The notes: a model not told the origin generated them from the letters alone. DNA of 64,000 bases from Octopus sinensis (GCF_006345805.1 NC_042998.1:118110001-118174000); one strand, 5' to 3'; counted from the first letter of the stretch, positions 1 through 11,783 are shown. Made by a program: numbers and translations.

Positions 1-127
1 CCGCCGTTGCCTATGTTGATTTTTCACACTTAGTATTTTTACATATTTTTCATATAGTATTAAAGAGAACTGGACGGGCTGAGGTAAAATAGTTGTGGCG
101 TAATGTTATATATCCTGAGTTCGATTT

Positions 128-445
128 TTATAGTGGGCAGATAGCACGGGGGCCAAGTCTTTGGTGAATATTAAAGTTTGTGCAACGGCGGGGTTGTTGA
201 AAGTAGAGATTGAGTTTCTTTAATCGACTGCAATAGTCAAAGCCTATCATACCGTCTATCTTTCTTGTTATTGACCTTTGTAGAGCTTCCACTTTCATAA
301 TGTGTTGCTTCCTGTGGAGAGACATCAGTGGGCAGCAGTACTCAAGGTGGGGTTGGGCAAAAGTAGAGTAGAAAAGGATGATGATGTAGGCATCGGATTT
401 GCTCACAAAATCTAATTCCATGTAACACAAGGGTTACAATTTCTA
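128..445 (-). mobile_element. CR1/L2-group LINE, 3' part of ORF2 (decayed fragment)
   Basis: ORF 128..430 reads QPHLEYCCPLMSLHRKQHIMKVEALQRSITRKIDGM..FDYCSRLKKLNLY, matching the post-RT motif LEYC..W.P..K.DI..LE.VQR..TK.I.....Y..RL..L.LY. The homologous segment of the LINE at 17324-17567 is in this window. Confidence 0.75.
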
Positions 446-1163
446 CATACTAAAATTTTTTGTAGAACAATGTTCACCTAGAGAGCAACATACAGACCAG
501 CGAACGTTACGCCCACCCACGTTGTTTGTGAATAACAAAGCCCACAACAAGCTAATTTTTGTGCTAACAAGTCCATGACGACGTGATCGACTAATAACTG
601 CCCTCTTCCAAATAAAAACAGGAAACACCCTAAATACCAACAACAGCAGTAAAATAACTAACAAACCAAAACAAGCCGCCTATTTACATTTTCTGCTGAA
701 GCCCTAAGAATTTCTATTACTAAAATGTTGATACACCCAATTAGTAAGAAAGTAAGGAATAAACATTGAATTCTTAACCTTTACATTGTCAAAGCAAAAG
801 AATAAAATCAAAACTAACTAAACCAAAACTAACCAAAGCAACTACCTTATCCTGTTCGTACACATCTGAATATTCACACCTGCTTACCAAGTTATACAAG
901 CGCGAATAAATTCTACAAAACACTAAAATAACCTGAAACCAAATCGATAAAATTTCTCCAAAATATCTCTCTATAACAACCTACCCTGAAACCTAGTTAC
1001 TACTCTACAGAAATCACATACCTAAAGAAATCTTTAACTTAAGGGAAACTATATAAAGCCAATATTAATTTTACTGCATTGGAATCTGGACGAAACTTCG
1101 AAATCGCTGTCAATAATATTGTGCACATCGAAGTAATATGTCTGTCAGATAGAGAAAGAGAGT

Positions 1164-1210
1164 GAGAGAAAAAGTGTGAGAGAGAGAAAGTGAGAGAGAG
1201 AGTGAGAGAG

Positions 1211-1259
<49 letters not shown>
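1164..1259. repeat. Compound (GA)n/(GT)n microsatellite
   Basis: Direct reading of the sequence. Confidence 0.95.
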
Positions 1260-1262
<3 letters not shown>

Positions 1263-3076
1263 GTTTATAAAGTAATGCATTATTCGATTATTACATCGAA
1301 TATGTTTTGGAGCATGGAACTTTAATTGTATTTCTTCTAAATAATGATGTGTTGTTATAATCATGGAACAATTCCGCTGAATAAGAGACACCCGGTCTTA
1401 TAGTATTTTGCATGAAATGGAAAGAGATTAATCATGAACCTATTAAATTTCTCGAATCCCATTAAAGGAGTTGGTATGTTGAGTAATTGCATTTGCAAAA
1501 ACTGAACCATGATCATTTTGCTCTGAAAGAATGATAAATTACTTTTTGTTTCTTTCTAGTTGAAGTCACACCAATCAGTCTTAATCTCAGTTGAATTTAA
1601 TCTAATATATTATCAGAGTAGTTCTATTTCCAATGACGTTTCCGGCGAAATGGTTTCTTTACAGTCAATAACATTTTCAGGAAATATCACCTTATCACAA
1701 ATGATTGTTATAAATGTGTTTTCTGAAATAGAATGCAAATCAAAAAGAATGGCTCGTTTCGAGCACATCGAAGTAATTACACAATATAGATGGCGAAAGC
1801 AAAGTGAAGAACACTGCTCTGTTTCCCAAAACTTAGACAAATCCTAACAATTAAATCAGTCTGTTGTTCCTTTTGGTTGAAAGGTCTCCCATTGCCATCA
1901 AGTGAATTATACATCAATTTACTATTTCTTGTGTCACCCGCTGATCTAATGTCTTTCAGACGAATGTGAAGAGAACCAAATATCATTATTTGTCGGATGT
2001 AGTGCATAGGAAGTGTATAGTAAGAATGCGTAGAAAAGTAGTGCGAATTTGTTGCTGTATTTAATTACGTCTGATCAAGATATGGATTTCAATACCCTTT
2101 ATCGGCTTGCATTGATCGCTCGATAAAATAAACAATTAGTATTTGTGCTAATTTGTTTGAACCTTCTAACATATGTTCCTTGACAAGGGAGATCTGTTTA
2201 ACAATGTAATATGCTTGAAATAGCAGCCAACGTTCCTTGAAATAAGTCATAGCATCTTAGGAAAATAACATTTTAGACAATTTAGTATTATATACTTCCA
2301 AAACAATGGCATAGTTATAGGTCAAATGCATATGATCATAAATCTGTTGGCACATGATAGATTTAATGCTCAAAATCCTTAATAAAAGTCTGCATTTTGT
2401 AACTATGTATATATATATTAATCAGAGACATGTTCAGAAGACATGTAAATCAATACAGATATCGCGTTGTTTATTTTCATATGTGCGACTAAGACGCTAA
2501 ACTTACATGTTTAGTTATTCTTTGAAAAATACAAGTATGCAATGTATGCTAATTTCATTAGAAACAACTGATTTTTCTCTTTTTCGTTCTGTTTGCAAAA
2601 ATAGATGAAATAAATTTATCTCAGCCTATACATTTTATTTTAATTTTTAATTATAGCAAAATCATGTAATTGGGCTTATGATGCTGTCATATCAATTAGC
2701 AACTAATTCAATTACTTTCCAAACCTACTTGGAAAACGATGTATGAATTACAACTCATTAATGGCATTTACTGCGTAAGTAGTAAAAATAACAAGAGTCG
2801 ATGAAATAACATTTCGGCTATATATGGTCAAAGGAATCTTAATTCTATTTACAATTTATACACTGATTTATTTCTTTGACGAATAATCTTTTAAATTCGT
2901 GGTATTAATTATCATTTAAATGGTGTAAGAAACATATTAAATGAAACACATCCTAACAAATATATTACACCGTTTAAAAAGAGCCATACATATTATTGAT
3001 TATTAAAAATAATGATGTAACCTCTGCTTGACAACTTTAATAAGTAATTGCAAATTTCAACATGTTTTAAATATCA

Positions 3077-3310
3077 CAAGTATAATCATCATCATCATCA
3101 TCATCATCCCCACCACCATCACCGCCCTCGCTACCATCATCAGCATCATCATCATCATCATCATTATCATTACCATTGTCATCATCATTATCCCCAACCT
3201 TCACCATCATGTTTATACCATCACGATTATATCATCATTATCGACAGTACCACTGTCAAAATTTATCATCGTCATCGTTGTCTTCATTATCATGACTATC
3301 ATCATCGTTC
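3077..3310. repeat. Degenerate (ATC)n trinucleotide tract
   Basis: Direct reading; it explains the poly-Ile and poly-His ORFs 3028..3486 and 3048..3347. Confidence 0.9.
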
Positions 3311-3801
3311 TCCTTTCGTCTTTCTTTTTTACTGTCTTCGTTTATAGAATTCTTTCCTATCCCATTCGTTCACGTGTATCTGCTGCCCTTTGTCGAGTTC
3401 ATTGTTTCCTATTCATTTCCTTGTTTGTGATTCATCCATTTCTCTTATCTATGTTTCTTTATCTACTATCCAATATGTATTCATAATTAATTTCCCTCTC
3501 TTCAAGGTTGAATTGATGAACGTTTTCAGAATCAATTCTTCATGCAGCATTGTTTCTAGTTTCCTATGGTGTTTTGGTGTTTAGAAAATAGACATCATTC
3601 TTATATAAAATTCGTCTCCTAAATCTAAATATAACCTTCTTTCTGACCTATCAGATCTAGTTTTTAAGTTATTGAACATCCCTATAATCAATATGTACAT
3701 GTGTACGTCCAGGATGCAATGTTCGTTACCTTATTCTAATTCTACGTTTTTGTTTCTTTTTCCATACTTTTTAGATATTTTGGTTAACTAAGCATTAGAA
3801 A

Positions 3802-4039
3802 ATGAACAAGATGTCCTCTTCAAGAAAGTGTTGCGTTAATTCTCCAAATGTGTATTGTTATGTGGAAAATACACATTACTTGAAAATCGAACAAACTTCA
3901 CTGATTTTATTGAAAGAGCGTATATGGCATTTTGGGGTCAAGCTGGGAGACCAAGATAAATATCGGGCACCGCATAGTGTCTGCAAACAATGTACAGAAC
4001 ATTTGCGACAATGGACTAAAGGGACAAGGAAAAGTATAT
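3802..4039 (+). mobile_element. Chapaev-type (CMC) DNA transposase N-terminal zinc-finger remnant
   Basis: MSSSRKCCVNSPNVYCY, then a shifted frame CGKYTLLENRTNFTDFIERAYMA, then FGVKLGDQDKYRAPHSVCKQCTEHLRQWTKGTRKS. Two compensating small deletions restore a C-x7-C-x2-C...C-x2-C Chapa-like domain. An acceptor-like T-tract plus AG precedes the ATG. The family name comes from recalled consensus, not a search. Confidence 0.65.
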
Positions 4040-6920
4040 ACAATATCGGGATTACCCTCACTTCAGACAGAGAAAGGATAAATCCCTACCGGCAGGATAG
4101 ACGCTGCAATCCCCTCCCCCCTCCCATAAGGTGTTACCAAGGAAATTTTCTTTCCAACAATCTACTAAACAACCATATACAACAAACCCGCACCACGCGC
4201 AATAATTACCAACGACGGCCCCCTAAAACGCCACATCCGAATATGGGATATCAGGACACACATTTTAATACCGCTCCAAGAACCCACACCATAAATCATA
4301 ACAAGGCACAACAATCAACAACTACATAATAACTACCGTCCAAACCAACGCAATCATGCTTTAGACACAATACGCAAACACAGATACACAAGATAGCACC
4401 AAAGAGGCAAGAGGAGCCAAAAGTGATAAAAATTATCAATATAACTCACAATGAACTAACAGCAAACCAAATCAATATAATCTCCAAAGGACTCAAGTTT
4501 ACACCCACTTTACAACACTCCAACTACAATGAAATGAAAGAAGACATCGGGGAATTCTGTAGAAAATTACGACTCGCTGAGCGGCTATACGACAAATACA
4601 ACGAGGACGAATCGTTGGTCCAAAATATAAGAAAATGCACCCCCTCAAAAGGTAAGAACACAACTCTTGATCACTTCTGTGAACACATCTCAAATTACCC
4701 ATATCAACATATGCATAAACAAAAACACAAACCAAAGTTTAGCAACATGAATGGGCTGAGCTGAACAAATTAAAAGATGACAAAACAATAATAATCAAAC
4801 AAGCTGATAAAGTGAGTGCAGTTGTCTTAATGGACACGGTATTTTATATAACTTTAGTACTATCCATATTGGAAGACACAACATATTATGAAAAGTCCCA
4901 ACACTAGAGTCAGCAGAAAATAATGAGAGACCTAAAATTCATGTTAAAATTATACAAAAAAATATAACTATATGACCAATTTCAAAAGTAAAATCAGACA
5001 ATTCTACGGTATTTTCAAGATACACAAAAGTAAGAATATAAGTTACGCATGCAAGATAGCCACAGACATAATAATTAAAGTTCTTACTCCTAATGACCTC
5101 AAATTGAGACCTATAATAGCAGGTCCCGCATGCGAAACCGACCGCCTCAGTAACCTTTTAGATACCCTCATAAAACCATTCCTCAAACATGTCAAAAGCT
5201 ATATAAGGGACGACCTTGATATGCTCAATCACCTTTCTAAAAGAATAAACAAAAACACCCTACTAATATCCTTCGATGTAGTCAACCTCTATTCCAATAT
5301 CCCCCACTAAGTAGGAATAGAGGCATTTCAATTCTAGCTAGAGAATTACGCCAGCGAACTCCCACATCGCATCAAAAAAGAATTCGTGATAGAAGGGCTA
5401 AAATTCATCCTGCAAAATAACTACTTCGCCTTCAAAGACAAATTCTACCGACAAAAATCGGGGACTGCGATGGGTACGAGAATGGCCCCCACCTTTGCTA
5501 ACCTAGCCATGGGATATCTAGAAATTAGTCTTTATCGTAAGGTTCTAGACATTCTCCCTCTACATAGAAAATAACTGGAAGAGATGACCGTTTCATTCTT
5601 TGGCATGAAAATATAGACAAACTTAAAGAATTCCAAGCACTTTTAAATGGAGTTGACCTAAACATTCAATTCACGATGGAATATAGCCAGCAACAACTTC
5701 TCTTCCTCGACATCCACATTAAGAAATCTAACAACGTAATAGAAACAGATATATACTATAAGTCTACGGTTCCAAACCATATCTACCGTTCAACTCACGC
5801 CACACCAGACACACCAGAATGAATATCCCCTTCAACCTAGCAAAACAGATATGTACTATAGGTTGTAATGCAAAAACCAGAGACACACGACGACATGAAT
5901 TAAAGGATACACTCATCACCACGAACTACCCACCTTCACTAATTGACATACGCTTTCAACGTGCCCTTCAACTCAACATTCAGGAACTCAGACATCGCAA
6001 ATTAAAGAAAGATTTACAACCAAAAGCCCTACCATACATCTCCACACACAACCCTCTTAATAATGAAGCCTTCGACACCCTCCTCCAAAACATTCCCATG
6101 CTAAAAAAGGACCACAGAATGAACTTAATCCGCCAAACACACACCATCATAAAAAGCAGAAGACAGCCTATCACAATCACGAATACTTTCAACAACACAG
6201 AAGCCGTCAGTAAAAAAATGCGGAAGACCCAACTGTGGGATATGCATCAATTTAATTGAGGGATCAGTGTTCTCCTTCAAACAGGAACAACATTTCACAG
6301 TGAAAAGCAACTTCACATGTGCCACGGAGAACCTGATATACACACTAACCTGCTCTGGGTGTCAAGAGCAATACATAGGCCAAAGAAAAACAGTCTACGT
6401 AAAAGAATGGCTCTGCACAGATCCCAGATCAAAACTCCCCAAAACAGAAAAATAGCATTCAGCCAACACATAGACATTTGCGCCAATAACAAAAATCCAA
6501 GCTTCAGAATTTTCCTCTCTACCAATTCAGGGACGATACAACCTGGAGCCAACGTATTAGTAAAGAGACTCTCTTTATTACAAAATACAGACTCCTTTTG
6601 AACGCGCCTACGACAAACGACATATCTACCACGGCCTTACAATAATACAAATACACACGCAAATATGAAAAGAGATTCCGAAGAATTCAATAAAAAAAAT
6701 AGTCCCAATCACTGCTATAATCCATAACGTGCCACTTTTAAGTCATTTGAACATATTACACCTTACTGCTTTCATACTACCTACATTCCTTCTTATTCTC
6801 CCTTCTCTTTCCTCTTCTTTGTCTCCTTCCTTCTCTTTCCTAACTTTACCACTATTACTGTTTAGATTAACAATTACATAAACAAAACATTTAAAAGAGA
6901 TGTTTCATGAATTGAACAGT
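4040..6920 (+). mobile_element. Penelope-like retroelement (RT plus GIY-YIG endonuclease), frameshifted, 5'-truncated
   Basis: Ordered motifs: IISKGLKFTPT, IKQADK.SAVVLMD, FYGIFKIHK, LRPIIAGP, SFDVVNLYSNIP, NNYFAFKDKFYRQKSGTAMGTRMAP, WK.DD.FILW (YI codons deleted), QFTMEYSQQQLLFLDI, NIPFNLA, LPYISTHNP, then NFTCATENLIYTLTCSGCQEQYIGQ..SLRKRMALHRSQI. The ORF ends at 6601, followed by a pyrimidine-rich 3' region. Confidence 0.93.
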
Positions 6921-7245
6921 TACTACAACCATCCACAACGGGGAATTTTTTTCTTCTTCTTCTTCTTCTTCTTCTTCTTCTTCTTCTTCTTCTTGGGGTG
7001 GGGTGGGGGAACAAGAGAGACAGAGACAGAGACAAGCGTAAACTAGAGAGACAGAGACAAGCAGAAACAGGGAAAGTGCCACTTGTATTTGAACACTATA
7101 CAAATATTCTTAAAAGAAAACTTTTCTTTTAATTTTTGAAAATGTAATTGTTTTCCATACTTAAAGTTGAAAATGTCTCAATGGCTGAAACCGGTACTGA
7201 AATATTTTTTATAAAATTATTTTAGCATTTTCTATCTTGACATTT
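6921..7245 (+). repeat. PLE pseudo-LTR-like unit with hammerhead motif; second copy inverted at 8560-8900
   Basis: GACAAGCAGAAACAGGGAAAGTGCCACTTGTATTTGAACACTATACAAATATTCT..AATTGTTTTCCAT..GTCTCAATGGCTGAAACC aligns with the reverse complement of 8560-8900. It lies directly 3' of the Penelope element. Confidence 0.7.
7164..7199 (+). ncRNA. Minimal type I hammerhead ribozyme motif, variant core UUGAAAA
   Basis: AAG-TTGAAAA-TGTC-TCAAT-GGCT-GAA-ACCGGT-A-CTG: palindromic stem III, GUA cleavage triplet, partial stems I and II. Confidence 0.55.
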
Positions 7246-7282
7246 ATATATATATATTATATATATATATATATATGAGTGT

Positions 7283-7483
7283 GTGTGCTGTGTGTCTGTC
7301 CCATTATCTCTTGACAAACGATGTTGAAGTCTGTTTCTGTCCCCGTAACTTAGCGGTTCGGCAAAAGAGGCAGATATAATAATTACTAGGCTTACAAAGA
7401 ATAAATTCTTGGATCGATTTGTTCGACTAAATGTGATGCTGAAGCATGGACGCAGCCAAATGACTGAAAGAAATAAATGTATA
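7283..7483 (+). mobile_element. SINE family A, 3' half
   Basis: CCCCGTAACTTAGCGGTTCGGCAAAAGAG...AGCATGGACGCAGCCAAATGACTGAAA matches the reverse complement of the copy at 40138-40492. Confidence 0.8.
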
Positions 7484-7488
7484 AGAAT

Positions 7489-7546
<58 letters not shown>

Positions 7547-7767
7547 TGTGTGTGTGTGTGTGTCTGTGTGTGTGTGTATGTCTGTGTGAGTGTGTGTTTG
7601 TGTGTGTGTATAAATATATATATACATATATATATATATACACATATATATATAAAGAGTTATATACATATATATATATATATATTCATATATATGCACA
7701 CATATTTATACACATCTATGCATGTATATATATATGTGTGTGTGTGTGTGTGGTGTGTGTGTGTGTG
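7484..7767. repeat. (TA)n/(TG)n compound microsatellite
   Basis: Direct reading. Confidence 0.95.
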
Positions 7768-7799
7768 AAAAAAGGCTGCAACCATCCTATGTGAGGGAG

Positions 7800-8175
7800 A
7801 GAGAGCAGACAAAGAAGCCTGGGTTATAAAAAGGTTTAAGTCAAATCCAAAGGCCATCTTTACTTACGTGAAAGGGACAGCCTCAGTAGATTGGAAGATA
7901 GGACCCCTCTTCCAAAAGGATGGCTCCCTCACAGACAGTCTAACTAACATCAGTGAGGTACTTAATGACCAGTTCAAATGTGTCTTTGCCACTCCGTTGG
8001 AACATAGAAAAGTAAACGAACCAGTGGACTTCTTTGCCGCCTCACCTATAACCAGCGAGGCAGTTACAATGGAATACATTGACATTAGTGAAGAAGATAT
8101 ACTACTAACCATAATTGCAGTAGACGTAAACTCAACTCCTGGTGCCGGTGGTTTCCCAGCAATCCTTCTCAACGC
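7800..8175 (+). mobile_element. CR1-group LINE fragment (linker upstream of RT)
   Basis: KSNPKAIFTYVK, KIGPLFQKDGSLT..ISEVLNDQFKCVF, IDISEEDILLTI..NSTPGAGGFPAILL (APGPDG-like motif). Colinear with 16040-16380. Confidence 0.8.
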
Positions 8176-8559
8176 TGAGACAACTATACTCCTTGTTGTC
8201 ATTTTGAACTGCTTGTCGTCTCATATTTCTGAGTCCATCAAATAAATATTCAACCCTATTTAATATTTGCTGTCTTAAACATGAAATAATACGCTATTTC
8301 CAGTCCTAAATCAATTTAACTTGTACTTTTAATGATGTTCTTTAGGATAACGTGAAATATTGAACTTCAGATAAAATAAAGTAAAATATAGCTATGAATA
8401 AAAGGTGCGTCGATTATGAATTTTCATTGAAGAGATGGGGTCTCGAAACAAAAAGTTACTGGAGTTGTCGAAAACTCATGTGACAGACCTGTGTGTGTGT
8501 GTGTGCATGTGTGTGTGTGTGTGTGTGTCTATGTGTGTCTGTGTATGTGTTTGTGTGTG

Positions 8560-8900
8560 GTTAAAAAATAAAAGCAATGGAGAAAATAGTAAAATAAATT
8601 TATTAAAAACATTTCAACACTGGTTTCAGCCATTGAGACTTTTTCAGCTGTAAAAATGGAAAACAATTAAATTTAGGAAACAATAAAAGAAATATTTTTA
8701 AAAGAATATTTGCATAGTATTCAAATACAAGGGGCATTTTCCTTGTTTCTGCTTGTCCCTGTCTTTCTTGTTTACCCTTGTGGCTTTGACGTCGTTGTGA
8801 ATTCTTGGCAGGGAAGAAGAAGAATGTGGGGGTGCCATGATAGTAGTAGGATGTTAAATGGTCAAGTGCCATGAAAGTGATTTGTGGATGGTGGTAGTGA
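8560..8900 (-). repeat. Second, inverted copy of the 6921-7245 pLTR-like unit with degenerate hammerhead (8615-8650)
   Basis: The minus strand reads CAG-CTGAAAA-AGTC-TCAAT-GGCT-GAA-ACCAGT-G-TTG, and the flanks align with 7050-7245. Confidence 0.7.
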
Positions 8901-8939
8901 TCGGATTCTTGAGACATATATATATATATATATATTAAG

Positions 8940-9780
8940 TGTACGATGGTTAAATTATCGCAATTTACTTATTTTGCGCATGCGACTTGTATGTGTTTAT
9001 TTAATTTTTTCACAACAATGTATCGTAGAGTCAGTGGGGTATCCTGTGACAGAACCAAGGCACTAATACGCAACTCACTACGCCAGAAAGCTGGAAACGA
9101 TTTGCTGTACTGCTTGGCATTCGTACCGCAAGATCTAATGCAAAAATTTCAGAGTGTTTATCTGTCAATCTGAAGACAGTCCAATCTGAGGACATGTAAC
9201 GAGACTGATAAAAAATGAAACACCCAGGCAAAAGTAATCACTAGTGATAGCGACATTGTGGTTCCATTCATCTTCCCACACGGTCTCAGACTCAACAAAG
9301 ATGCCTGCATTAAGTGACTGGAGACGGTAGTGGTACCCTGGGACAATAGAGTGGCAGCTATTATACTCTGCACCGTGTCTCACAATCAGGAAAAACCAGC
9401 CATGGCTGTCAGACAATTTTTGCGACCGCATCACTCCTAACATCTAGCCACTTAACTCCCCAGACTGCAACTCACTTGATTATTATGTGGAAGGTGCACA
9501 TAAGCAAGAGATCAACAAAACTCCTTGTAACACCACAGGTTAACTGAAAGTAAATATTATGGTAGCATTCACCAGTTTAAACAATGTGACCGTCGAGAAG
9601 GGTTGTAAGAGATTCTGAGATCGTCTGGATTCTGTGGTTGAAGCCAATGGCGATTTTATTGAATAAACTTACTCTTTAATATTTCAAGATAGTTCATGTA
9701 ATTTTGGTAACTATATTTATTAAAATGAGATGTCTGTGTTATTTTCGTTTTTGCGTAACTTGGACGATAGTTTATTCAAC

Positions 9781-9782
<2 letters not shown>
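8940..9782 (+). mobile_element. maT (DD37D) Tc1/mariner element, internally deleted
   Basis: HTH remnant ISECL.VNLKTV, then VITSD.D..VPFIF, SAPC..QPWLSDNFCDRITPNI*PLNSPDCNSLDYYV and ..VVEANGDFIE*. Weak terminal inverted similarity (G.TG..TAAA.TATCG). Sister copy at 15212-15873. Confidence 0.85.
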
Positions 9783-9819
<37 letters not shown>

Positions 9820-9822
9820 ATA

Positions 9823-9875
<53 letters not shown>

Positions 9876-9877
<2 letters not shown>

Positions 9878-10072
9878 CACAGTGAAAAGCAACTTCACAT
9901 GTGCTTCGGAGAACCTGATATATGCACTAACCTGCTCTGGGTGTCAAGAGCAATACATAGGCCTAACCAAAAAACAGTCTACGTAAAAGAATGGCTCTGC
10001 TCAGATCCCAGATCAAAACTCCCCAAAGCAGTAAAATAGCATTCAGCCAACACATGGACATTTGCGCCAATA
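9876..10072 (+). mobile_element. Isolated GIY-YIG segment of the same Penelope family as 4040-6920
   Basis: Near-identical to 6294-6488 (FTVKSNFTCASENLIYALTCSGCQEQYIGLT); bounded by TA repeats. Confidence 0.92.
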
Positions 10073-11597
10073 TATATCTATTATCCTCTTTAGGGATTAT
10101 ATATATATATTATCCTCTTTAGGGATTAATGGATTCAAAATTTCACTGGTTTAATCTCAATCACATTAGAAGAATGTTTCTATGATTTGTTATGGATTAT
10201 AAGTAAAATTGATAATATAAGAAAATGGAGAGATAATGACGTATAGTTAATTCATTTGCATCGTGGATGGCTTTTAAAATATAAATACAAATAACAAGGT
10301 TTTTAAAACGCAATAGAAGACTCAAATCCTACATATCTTTCGATTCTTGCCCCTTGGTAATGCTTAATTCAAAACATTTGGGTTAGAATTTATGTTGGTA
10401 ATTTAAGTTGTAAGTTTTTTGTTTTCATAATAATATCGGTTACATGTTACTTGTAGAAATTCCAATTCATAACTAATGAAGTTTAGATATTTCATCTATA
10501 TAGTATGTATGTATTTTGTTAGGAAATATATCTCTAATGTAAAAATAAATACGAAAAATAAAATAAAATAAAATTAACTTATTTAAAAATATATATATGA
10601 ATAATATGAATATTTAAAATATTGTTATAGCTTAATGGGAAAATAATTATGTAATAAAATAACGTGAATAAAATAACAAAATACAAAATAACGTAAATAA
10701 ATAAATTAGTAAATAGACCGTCATAATAATGCAATAATGTTCATTGGCTTCCTAGTGTTTACCACTAAATATACATGTGTATGTGTTCATCGGAATTTAT
10801 TTAATCAAATTTTCGTAGTATCTACTCAAAATCGAATATTCGATTCGTTAATAGAAGTCTTATTCAAGTTGATATATATACACACATAGACCTATATATA
10901 CATGCATACACTAAGCGTATATACTATATACATTTATGTTTAAGCATCGGTTAAATGTACTAAGTGCATATACTTCCGTATATTGTTCTGTATTTCTTCT
11001 AAAAGTGGGTAACAATGAAAATAGAATGATATAAAATATAATTTAAAAAATTAAGTGAAATAGGTTAAATAGAGTAAATTAAAAATTAATATAAATTAAT
11101 AGCCTGTATTTTACGTTATAGTAGAATACTTAGAAATCTCAAAAACTTTATCTATCATTTCGTTTGTATATGTAGCTAGATAATGCGTTATACGTATCTA
11201 TTTGATGAGTACTATATGTATTATGTCATTCATTTGCGGTTAGTTGAAGAAAATATCTAATGGAATATTTTATGAACCCGTTATTTCATTCAAATATCTC
11301 ATTAGGATTTAATATAAAAAACTTTATTATTAATAAAACTCTTAAAATACAGATTATTTATTTATACTTATCTATAATAAATTTATCTATTTTGTAATAC
11401 TAACGGATACAATTAGATGGAATTAAATGAGTCAATCAGACTTATATAGATTAAATGTTTATAAATGTCAAAAAAGTAATAATTTAGTATATATGTATAT
11501 AATGGTAGAAAGTCATATAAAATGAAAAACTGAATGACCATTTATGCTAATGTGTGTATGTATATATATAAACACACACACTCACATGTACATGTAC

Positions 11598-11781
11598 AGT
11601 CGCCAAGATAGATCGGTAGCCTCTACACACATTTTTCCTCTCCTTATTTCTTTCTGTTTTCCTTTCTGTGGAAGAGCGTGGGCTCGAAACGTAAAAGACT
11701 TTTTCAATTCCCGAGCGCAATACTAATACATCTTTTTGTTTTCTACACCACCTGTCTTCATTTTTCTTTTCGTGAATTCTC

Positions 11782-11783
<2 letters not shown>
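11598..11783 (+). mobile_element. Short (~190 bp) non-autonomous hammerhead-containing element, copy 1
   Basis: Aligns end to end with 48918-49121. Both copies start AGTCGC and end CTCC next to microsatellites. The HHR motif is at 11662-11697. Confidence 0.8.
11662..11697 (+). ncRNA. Minimal type I hammerhead motif with A6U core (CUGUGGA)
   Basis: CTTT-CTGTGGA-A-GAGC-GTGG-GCTC-GAA-ACGT-A-AAAG: stem I CTTT/AAAG, stem II GAGC/GCTC, palindromic stem III ACGT, GUA triplet. Confidence 0.65.

Noticed and set aside
1085-1112. CTGGACGA..TTCGAAATCGCTGTC as a hammerhead
   Set aside because: Extra base in the core and no convincing stems I-III.
1123-1777. Exact 15-mer GCACATCGAAGTAAT at 1123-1137 and 1763-1777
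   Set aside because: The flanks do not align and no element is evident between the copies; compatible with chance.
1560-1847. 95-codon frame after an acceptor-like site
   Set aside because: No recognisable protein and no supported partner exon.
3028-3486. 152-aa hydrophobic ORF and overlapping poly-His ORF
   Set aside because: These are translations of an (ATC)n tract, not a membrane or metal-binding protein.
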